Made by a program: the position numbers and the translations under genes
Shown here: positions 53,901 to 64,000 of the stretch, in pieces
Position numbering within the stretch: the first letter of the stretch is position 1
Layout: each line of letters starts with the position of its first letter
Notes under the pieces: generated by a model
The model's database searches: none
The model's input: only the letters and a program-made list of their open reading frames with translations
Told to the model about the DNA's origin: nothing
Source of the DNA: Catajapyx aquilonaris
Lineage: Eukaryota
Direction of reading: 5' to 3'
DNA: 64,000 bases
Assembly (NCBI GenBank): GCA_000934665.2
Contig: KZ538390.1
Span: forward strand, 1-64,000

Positions 53901-55355
53901 TAATTTAATTTGATTGAATGTTGAATAAGGATTCTTGAGATGGCACCATACTGTGTCCCAAGGTTGTCAATTGGCCCCTATAGGCAATCTTGGATCATTG
54001 GAATTAAGAAGGGTGAAGTAGCGACATAAATATGATAGCTTCTCATGTGGCAGCATTGCTCTCCTAAACTTTATTCGCATTTGAAACTCTGCACGGCTTT
54101 CAGATATCATAGGAGAAGTGACCGGATTGTTACTGAATGAGAATATAAAGTGACAGAGATTCAACGTGCGTAGGATTCACCCAGAAGTTGGGAGATATTG
54201 ACCATTAGGCAGTTAATTTAATACTGCCCATTACAATTCCCGTTCCTGTCTGTTCTGAATTCATTATAGTCTTTTTTCCGCGAATAATAATTCAGAAACG
54301 CTGAGACCGAATCAATAATCAAAAGCAAAATTTCACGTATACATCAGGGATAATGTCGGACATGATTAAGAGTATTTGGCGTGATTGACATGGGGACCAG
54401 GACAGGGAATGACTGGCAGCCACAGCAAGCCCACCTCCATCGACCACCAAGCGGCTCACTGACGCTCATCAGGGCGACGCCATGTTGTAAAACATTGGAG
54501 AACAATGAAATGGAGGTAGTTGATTCCTTTATTGTTGAGAGAAAATTCCGGCTTGGTTCCAGCCTAACTGTACTTACGTACTTATCCAAGATAGCGTTCC
54601 ATATTGCTAATCTTAAAGCGACCTTCATTCCACGTGGTACCCTGCAACAATGTTGTCTTAACCATAGAATTACCTACTTCCAAACCTGCCATTTGTTAAT
54701 CTGCTATTTAACATTCGTTGATGCAACCGGCCCTTGAAGTTGGAGATGGTAATAAGAGAAGAAAGCCTATTCGACTGCACTGGTGCACCCTAGAGAATTA
54801 GTTCAAAATGAGATTATTCCAGAGGTTTCTGATTTACTAACGAAGCATTCAAGTCGCAGACTCTATTGATCTTAGTCGACTGATGCGGGAGGTTTCTGGC
54901 GTCCACCAACGTTATAAACAACATATTGGAATATTTTGCAACGTCAAAGAACTTCATAAAGTCGATTAAAACCAGCCAACACACCATTAGAGTGAGCATA
55001 TAATATTAAAATTATACGTATATTAAAGGCAGTACTCAGTGTCACCAATTGGAGTAATGCAATTAAGTATAATTACCGAAACTTCAACCACTCATAACAA
55101 TAATCACAAAACGTATGGGTTGCAGCTGCGCTTAATGCGATGCTTATCGCAAGTTATAGCAGCCGACGAGACATGTTTGTGCCTGCGATAAAGTCATTGG
55201 TCACTAAAGTGTCCAGCTACACAGCTGACAACGACCGGGCTGTTAATGTCGGACAAACAATGGTCCTCCCCAAATTCAGATGAAGCAATTCGACTTTTGC
55301 TGCCATTCCCAGCAGGAGGAGGAAAGGTACAGGGTCAACGTACAATCCCGCAGAG

Positions 55356-55511
55356 AACGTTATGAGGCTCTATGAGGCATCCCACCAAGCCCAGAACGTA
55401 GCCCAGCGCTAAACGAGTTGATATCGGCAGTATGTGAACCGCATGTGGAATGAGTACGCGCCAAATGGAGTCCAACATGGCCTCTGCACTGCTTCTGGCC
55501 AAGGAGTAAAA
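55356..55511 (+). pseudogene. Possible decayed Tc1-like transposase N-terminal HTH
   Basis: A single frame reads NVMRLYEASHQAQNVAQR*TS*YRQYVNRMWNEYAPNGVQHGLCTASGQGVK, resembling I..L...G.S..EIA..L....TV.R....Y...G......SGRP.K. It contains two stops. Confidence 0.3.
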
Positions 55512-56266
55512 TTCTGGATATAACGCGCCATACCTAATGAGCAGCATGCTTTGGGCCTGGACTATCTCCTCCAAAAATGCGGCTCATATACACTGCCAGG
55601 TATGCTGTACCACGCTTGTAAACATGAAACATACTCTCCTGAATGCAACAACACCCGCGCTAGAAAAAGAAAGCTATTTGCCAAATATTTCCATAAGGAC
55701 AATTATGTGGTAACTGCGTTATTAACATGGCATAATGCATGCCCTGCAAACAAAACGAAACGCTGTTTAGTTCAAACTGCATCCACCTGCCCGGCAGCAT
55801 ATTATGAATTTTTGAGTCCATCGGTAGGAAATATAATTTGGGCTTAGACGAGAGGTGAGAGGTATGTATAGGATGGGAAATTCAGTGCAATGGAGGACTT
55901 CTTCGCCTCGAGGGGATTCATCCGGGGCTTCCAACGTGGGCTTCGTTAATACGTTGACCGGCGCTACCCCTAATGGGATTGGATTTTTTAGGGGGAAATG
56001 TTGCGGAGGAATGAATAATTGATCTTTTCCCGCCGGCAGGTATTTGGAAATTGGCAGCCACTCTCCCACACCCACCACGTAGCCTCCCCTCTCCCCTCCG
56101 TCCCCCACATTTTTTGTTATTAGCACCACCTCACACCCCCCGCATGCCCTCCTGACGACCCCGTCTGATTAACGTGAATATTACACACGTGCAATATGGG
56201 AAAGGCTCAAATTGGACTGGTTTGATTGAATCGCACCCGGTGACTTTTCGAAGACACCCAAATTTA

Positions 56267-56521
56267 CAGGGTGAGCCAAAATATTCGCGCAGTAGGGTGT
56301 AGAAGCAATCGGATTTTTTTTGTGGAGTGCAATCTTGTCTATATTTCTGATTTCGGAGCCAAATTCGTACAGGAGCTGGCCAAGTAATATTTTCAGGTTG
56401 TCGAAAAGAAATGTTGGATTGAAAGGATGACACTGTACTTGAGCTGCTCGAGTGGTAATTATACCTCTTTGTCATAGCTGCTAAGCAACAGAAGTTTGAA
56501 AGGATTCGCTGAACCACCTTG
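56267..56521. mobile_element. Possible decayed Tc1/mariner-type MITE
   Basis: TA|CAGGGTGAGCCAAA at the start and GAACCACCTTG|TA at the end; weak TIR. Confidence 0.3.
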
Positions 56522-58619
56522 TATATGGCTGGAAATGCTGTATACCGTCTCAGGGATATTGATTCAAAGTACTAGCATTCTAAGACCAGCATTGTACTCG
56601 AGCAATGAGGCGACTGCTCTACTTTTGCTTCCGACCGCAAACTCGTGAGCTTTTCCTTGTCACTCGCTACGCATCGCTTGTTATGATTACACACCGAAAA
56701 TGCAAGGATTCATCTTGCTTTCATTCGGTATTTGCAACGGCAGATGCTTAAGGGAAAGCAAAGTCATCTGAGGCATCCCACTGAACTGCATGATGTGGGC
56801 GAGAAGGAAGTGCGAACAATGCTTCACCGCCCCTCGCAATCTATAGAGCTGGTTTCTAGCCAAATGCGTAGTTATCTCTCGTTTCCCCAAAATGAGAAAA
56901 TGCAATCGATTGTTGGCATGCTGCACGTTTGATGCAGGAATTATGCCGACAAAGCTTAACCAAACTAGAAAATTATTCCTCGGTCATTGCACGCCTGGTG
57001 TAGACTTTGAGCGCCTGCTTGTGATGTAATACGTAGTAACACTCATTACGAACATGCGGAAGACAAAGTCGCACATTGCTGCCTTTGACAACCCAAGCGT
57101 GGAAAATTTGAGCAGGACAAGTTCAGAAAGGTGATATAAAGCCTTGCATGTAGACACTATTACCTGAGGTCTTGCCACAGCATAATATAAAGGCTCTGTG
57201 GATCAAACTGCTATATTATTCTAGCATTAAAATTTTCAATTCAAATAATATCTCCGTTTATATTTCCCAATAACTACGTCTTTCTGAATACGTAACTCAA
57301 GCGCCAGGTTATTAACCCAAAACAATTACGAGCCATTTTCTGGCCAAACTCCAAATTCGAAAATTACCAAGCAGGGCCTCTCACACAATTGAAGAGTCAA
57401 ATACACAGTTGAGCTAACAGAAAATCAAAAATATAGACACATTCACTATGCGACTATGATTTCTATTTGCTATGTTTTTACAGTCTAGTCAGCCGCAGGA
57501 CCTCCCAGCAGCAAAGAATGTCAAAATGAAGGCGAAGATAATGGGCGAAAATCCCATTCAAAATTGGGGCTAACGCAGGATCGATGCCGAAATAGAAAAC
57601 AAATCTAGGTTGCGGATTCCTATCGCAACCAATAGATTCCATTGGCGGCTACACACACAAGGGACAATAATTTATTCCCGCAGCGACAAGCAATTCCGGG
57701 GAGCTGTTTCGCCATCTGAATACATTCTTCGCAGTGGGAGGGCGCACTATCCCGGAATAAAAACACTCTGATTACAGGAAATGCAGGCTAAGCACCGCCG
57801 AGGACTTTCCCCGAGATCTGAGAAAATTAATTTCGACTTTTCCGCCAGAACAACGCCCCACTTCGATTACAGCCACGTGAGCCCCATGCTAATTCCATGT
57901 GCACTCCGACAACGTGAGTCTGATACAAATTGTGGGTTTTCCCCGAGAGAGGTTATCAGACACAGTACACTTTCTGGCTTGAAGCCAAGGTTAGGTTAGG
58001 GGAGAGAGGAAAAATTGTACTTGCGAATTATCATGTTTCGCTAACAGGGGCGCATTCTAGCAGATCGATTTTAATCATTTCCATCGTATATGCAGTGTAG
58101 GGGTAGATTTCAGCCAAGCAATGCGAACTTCATTTGCAGGCCGGGGATAAATTGCGTCGCGTGGAAAACCCTTCAGTGGGGCCCGGGTTTGATTTGCTTC
58201 TGCGGTTAAGGCCAGCTGAGAGTTAGCAGCATGCGTCGTCGACGCTCTGGGTTTCACTCCAAATCTCGTCCGTCATGAAAGGAAAATTAGTTGCTTTTGT
58301 CATGTAAAGTGGTTCGCCAGTACTGACGAACAATTGCACGCGTAGCATGCGCCCGAGTGGTATATTCATTGCGTCAATGCCATGGTTTTGCCTTTGCTAT
58401 ATTATCACCTAAATCGCGGATTCAGAAGGGAAACAGCTCGCCTCTATGCACACGCATTCTTGTTGGGGGAAGGAAGAGCGCGTCATGACAAGTAATACGT
58501 TATGGACTACCCGTTGCCAGGACGTCTTCCAAGGGCGGAGGATATCCGAATATTCTTGGACGGTTTATCACTATTTCCATGGTGGCACCCACAGAAGAAG
58601 GCTAATAATAATAATAATA

Positions 58620-58913
58620 GACCGAAGCAGTAGTGGTGGAGTGGATAGGGTGTCCGACTGCTAATCGGGAGGTCCTGGGTTCGAATCCCGGAGGCCGGCG
58701 ACCCTGACCATGGTTTTCTGTGGTTTCCCATGGTCCTTGCAGGATAATTCCGGGGTCGTTACCGTAATATAGGCCACAGCCGCCTCCTTCCTTCCCTTTC
58801 CCTGCTTCATTCCGGTGATGAGAAAAATAGTAAAAATGGAAGAGTTCCAGACAAAAAATTGGGAGAAATCCCCCCCTAGGAAAGCCCGTAGGCTGATAAA
58901 GGGTTATCAAATT

Positions 58914-58979
<66 letters not shown>
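58620..58979 (+). mobile_element. tRNA-derived SINE (GCT anticodon-like arm) embedded in an (AAT)n tract
   Basis: A box TGGTGGAGTGG, anticodon-like arm TCCGA-CTGCTAA-TCGGG and B box GGTTCGAATCCC. Body GGTTTTCTGTGGTTTCCC...TAGGCCACAGCCGCCTCCTTCC. (AAT)n flanks both sides (58603-58619, 58917-58979). Confidence 0.85.
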
Positions 58980-61900
58980 CCTTTATTACCTGCAATTCTC
59001 GATGCAGTGTGCTAACGTTTATTGCTGATAATTTTTGTACGATTTGTAATCGATAGTATAGTAACGCATTGTTATTCTGTAAGCTATGCAGCACAATATT
59101 TATCAGCATAATTTATTATGCTTTAATTATTTTAATAAATATATTATTATATTATAATTGTTATAATAAAATTATTAGTGGCCAATATTGTAATTATTAT
59201 AGCGCAGAAAAATCAACAATTTCATCAGGTCGAAAGCACAAACGAATTAATTAAAACACACACATAAATTAATTGTGATTACGGGAGAGAGAAATCGGCG
59301 TAAAAATATCATATACAGTACAACACGCAAGCAAGAACCAATATTGGGAATGAGCAATGCTTTCACGTCCATGTGAAAATAATATAAGCAGGATTTATAG
59401 GAGAGAATGGAACAAAAATCGGTTTTGCAGTGCGAGGGCTTTGTTAGAGGCTCTTACGGTCGAGCTGGCGTATGAACAGAAATCGAAGCTCATCATAGGG
59501 TTTGGGCTGGTGTCAATAACAAAGGTTTGCATATTGCAGCAGAGGCAGCAGCAGCAGCCGGGTGAGGCCAGAGATGATCGGGCGGTTAAAAGCGTCCACC
59601 TCCGTGGGGCCCAATTCCACCCTGATCCATTTGACTGCGACACACTAACCTCCTACATATTTCATAGGCTCCCACCTGATGTTGCATCCTAATCAGAACC
59701 GATACATCCAATTGAACTGAACCGGAGGCCGCACGCTCCGACTGTAGGTGGCTCAATAAAGCCGACGATTGAAAACGCAATGGCAAGCGCTCCACGTGCT
59801 GCACTTTTTACACATCCTCGTTTAGTAATTAACCTTTGACTGGATACAACCACAATTTTTGTTTGTATTTATCTCTGCAGTGGCCAGCCTCCAACACGGC
59901 GCAGATGAAATGAGTTGTCGGGTTTGAGGTAAACAAGGTATTTTTAGGGCGCAAAATGCAGCAGGTGCTACGTTTCGATTGGCCGCACTGGAAAAGCCCA
60001 GGCGATAGATACAGTGCAGAATACAGTCCATTCGCTCCCAACAGCCCTATAACGTCCAAAACTGGCGTGTAAAACCGACCGGCATAATTACAAACTCGGG
60101 ACGAAAACAGTGCCGTACCCCATGCCGGGCACAGCCATGTAAGAATATCAATATCACTGGGGCCAACCCCTACTGCTGCAAGGAGTGGCTTATAGGGAAG
60201 GGGACATTGATAAAATTTCGACAGCCTCGTTAGTATGTCACAAAGAACGTAAACTGCACTTTGGAGGGAGGCAAGTTGAGCATATCATGGGGATGTCATG
60301 TTTCAAAAATATCCCGCTGTGGCTTCCAAGTCTTGCCATAATTTTGAGCAAAGTGCGTCGTTTATTAAAAGGTAAGCACGTCGAATAATCCGTTGAGATT
60401 TTACAACCCCACAAAGCAAGCGCTCGTCTTTTGAGATCAAAAGCCGAAAGATTATCGTTGTTGGGTTGCAGTTTCCTACAAGCCCCAATGCACGCTTCAG
60501 AAAATTCTTGAACGATTAAGTCAGGTATTTACCAGGATCACCAATCTCTTTTAGTAGCGCTTTTCATGTCCGATGACGCACGCAGTAAATTTAAGAATGC
60601 TTTACGAGCAAGTGCTGAGAAAAGAAGGCTATCATGAGGCTGCGCAAGGACCGCGCAGGTATTGAATTTCAGGAAGGCTTCGTAAAAATTTCCTCTCCTT
60701 TGTGTGTGTACTCCTTCTTCAGCCATATTGCACATCGATTTTCATTTTTTTTGTACAGAAAGACTCGACAGTTGGTAACCTGAATTAACGCTCACCAATC
60801 AACAGGGGAATTCGAATGCAAGGGAGCACTAGCACCAAAAAGCCATCCTCTTCATTTTCTATCTGCGATTGTTTGATGACAGCTTTTAAAACCCTCCCAA
60901 CGTGGGCTCTTACACGCTTGTCATTTCGATTTCGGAGTTGAACTCATGCCTGCACGGGATTTGACGGGAGCATTGGTACGTACTGCACTGCACGAGTTTC
61001 CCCGACTCTGCACAAAAACGGCCACTGATAACAGTCGAGTGCATGACACCCATTTGTTTCCACGTGTCTTGTACGACATCATTCTGCTAGCTGCTGCTTC
61101 TGCAAGAGTTATTCCCGGAATTCAAATAACTTGCAGCCGGCTATATTATGACATGTTCAGGTCTGCACAAGTCCGCTCGTGCCTGGGCTCGTTCAGGCGG
61201 GATTAATTAAAAACACGGGGCCTCCGGAAAGAACGCTCGATGAGAGAACAGATTATGCACCTAACCATTTTGCTTCTTTTCCAAGGGAGATGAATCCTAT
61301 AAAAAAAAATCAGGGATTTTCAGGAATTTTTGCAGATTGTGACATTTGAAGTTGTAAGGGATAAAAAGGGAATGTACTGTAATATAATGATTCTGCTGTG
61401 GATTTACGTTTAATATATCTTTGCCCGTGGCGCGTTTAACATCATTTTGCACTGTACAGTGCATTGCAGGAGGAAAAACGGATTTACTTGGAGGAATAGT
61501 TGGAGTAAGGCAAGGGTCCAGTGGTTTATAATCTGTCAGAGAGGCAGTATTCACTGTCATAACATTACCGCGAGGGCAAATACAGTTCAGGTGCATAGCA
61601 CGTATATTTCTGATAAAAACCTGCTCTCGACAGCCGCGCTCTGGTTTAATTTAAAGCCGAATTAGAATAATAGAATGATGTATATGCGTCACTAATATTA
61701 AAACCGTAATGACTGTAATTTATAGCAGAATTAATTAGTCCTCAATATGAATTTTACATTGTGGTTAATCGGCAATGTCAATTAACAATTTCATTACCAA
61801 AACATTAAGCTTAAGCAAATAAGTTGTCTGGATTTATTTCAGTGATTGGGGACACTTTTTCAAGGAGCAACTAGAGGTGTAGGCAGTTTTGTTGTAATGC

Positions 61901-62223
61901 AATCCTGGAATATTGAAGTCACTAATGATGGATCTGATTTTGAAGCGTGATGTTCCGATATGCTCGGTTGCTCACTACCATAATTACATATTTTCCGCAC
62001 CATATGGGATATGATAGGTTAGTGGATGACTCCTCTAAATCGCTAAATCCACGAGATTCACATATCTTAATTGTGATTATTGAAAAACAATCAGTTCTTT
62101 AATTGTCTAATAAAAACAGACGCTTTCTAAAAATACCACATGGAGCATCAGGAAGCATTCAATGTTCCATAGCATGGGCTATTTGTACACTTTCTTTTAC
62201 AACTCCGCGAGAAATAAAGCGCT

Positions 62224-62271
62224 GTTTTGTATTCTGAAGATGCCGCATTTCCTGGCGAATCGTCGGAAAAC
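62224..62271 (+). ncRNA. Degenerate minimal hammerhead ribozyme motif (Penelope-like element relic)
   Basis: CTGAAGA-TGCC-gcatttcct-GGC-GAAT-CG-TC-GGAAAA versus the PLE-type pattern CTGAAGA-stem II-GAAA-CG-TC. The core has GAAA>GAAT and stem I is poor. Confidence 0.45.
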
Positions 62272-64000
62272 ATCCCTGCCTTGCGAAATTTCTTTTCGCT
62301 ACGATATGTTGTCAATGGCAGGCTCGAGTCTCCTAGGGAAGGGGCGAGGTAAACTTTTGTGAGCACATAATAATATACCTCCACGAAAATGTGGATGGCC
62401 CTTCCCTCCCACCCACCCCCAACTGCCAGCCTACTTCACCAGTTATGATAACAGAGTACATCGACCGCTGTGGGAGAATTTGCAAAGGTCCGATGCCTAG
62501 CCGTAAAATTATACGACTTAAAAAATTCTACTAATGTTTCACACTTATGAATCCCAGCATGAAAATAATATAGGAACGTATTATGAAGTGCAACCTTGGT
62601 GTAACTAAAGCCACGTTTTGTAATAAAAATCGTAATAACCGAACAATTAAGCCTACTGCACCTACAGTCAAGCCAGAAACGTGCCTATGGTACAGGTGAA
62701 TAGGCCAGTCAGTCAGGTACTGTATTACCTTTAAAAAATGTTCCTCCAAACGTCATCACTGGCCAGTGTGAAGTACTGTAAAAGTACTAAAACACTGGAG
62801 TGCTGGTGATTATATAGCCCCACATTACGTTTGTCCTAAACTTTTTTTGACTAGTACAGTACTGTGGTGCGTTCTTTGAATAGAACTACGATGCATGGAC
62901 ACAATTTCAGTAGGGTACGGGTACAGGACAAAAGAGCGTGTTCTATTTGTTTTGGAGCCAAGTGACTTCACCCAGTGGCGTGCTGAGTGGATGACTATCA
63001 GAATAAACAGGCTGATAAGTGCTTCAAGGAAGAATGCGGGTAGACTAGTGCCCGTATATACATAATTACATATGGATGTTGAGTCGGAAAAAGGGTTTTG
63101 GAGGTTCTGGATGAGTTCGAAACTCATTGTCAGTGGCAATGTATGGTATGACTTCTGCAGGATGGGTTTGAGGGACACTCCACGTGGGAGATACGGGGGT
63201 TTGAAGTTTGTTGAATTTCCCTTATGAGTTTTTTGTTCAAATTCTGAGGCACTCTAATATACTTGCCAGATAAATTACTTTCCACCATGTACAGTAGTAC
63301 GGTACTTTTGTCAAGAACTACAGTACTCAATTCTGACCAAAATGTGACTGACCGTTCTGCTCTTCACGCGTTCATTTTTGACTACTACAGTTATAACTTA
63401 TTTCCTACTACAGAAATATTTGGACATTATAGGCCTGCAATTGTAATTACATTAACTCTTATCTACTGCCAATTACCTCTGCTCTAGTAATCAGAGACCA
63501 ACTTGCTTACATGGTAAACCAAATAGATCCTACCTTTCTTTTTATACTTTGCATTAAGCTCACTCGTGTTGACGAGTGCACTGCAAGGTAGGGTTTGCAT
63601 TTGGTTCCCACTGGGCTACATCTATTCCACCCAATAATCAAAGGCCAACTTCGGTTAAAAGGACAGCCAGGAAATCTGTTCGAAATGTGTCTCCGCATTA
63701 TCATGCACCATCTTCCTTTTTGGCGATCAACACCGTCCACTAAATCGTTCCAACCCGATTCCTCTGTCTTTCGGCAAGTCACTCACGCTCCCCAGATAGC
63801 CCGAAATTCAATATATCCCACTGCCTCCCCTGAACGGTTAACTATAAAACGAGACAAGTGAGAAAATGGGCCAGCGGCGTGGGGCACCGGACCGACTACT
63901 GAGGCGGCCTCTATCCTCAGCGTCCCTCCATTTTACGGCTGTCTAACTCCAAGGCGTGCTCTGCCTGCTTACATTCCCGGCACCCATAATCTCTTGTATA

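Noticed and set aside
58620..58700. tRNA-Ser(GCT)-like gene
   Set aside because: It has A/B boxes and an anticodon arm, but no proper acceptor stem or long variable arm, and it runs into a SINE body and tail. The same reasoning applies to the other SINE heads.
62825..63330. Possible transposase or viral coding remnant
   Set aside because: Only a faint DF...L...RG resemblance to mariner motifs; not supportable without a search.

Overview
AT-rich, repeat-rich eukaryotic DNA, most likely insect/arthropod, judging from the beaten-path-type gene and the SINE/MITE content; the species cannot be fixed from the sequence. The only supportable gene is the 3' half of a + strand beaten path (Beat)-family immunoglobulin-superfamily gene. 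It has three coding exons (14709-14842, 24089-24326, 25441-25520) that splice in frame to give the second Ig domain plus a hydrophobic GPI-signal-like C-terminus; its 5' exons were not found and probably lie upstream of the window. The rest is intron and about 38 kb of apparently gene-free downstream DNA. It holds seven tRNA-derived SINEs (five with target-site duplications) that mix shared head, body and tail modules, Tc1/mariner- and hAT-type MITEs, a long foldback, a MITE-split C2H2 zinc-finger relic, two degenerate Penelope-type minimal hammerhead motifs and (TAA)n microsatellites. Almost all ORF-track entries look spurious. I found no prokaryote-type system and no intact novel coding system. 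The best leads are the modular SINE set with covarying hairpins, the recursive-splice-like configuration of the Beat exon and a 111-bp dimeric hAT MITE. All alignments were done by eye; no database search was run.
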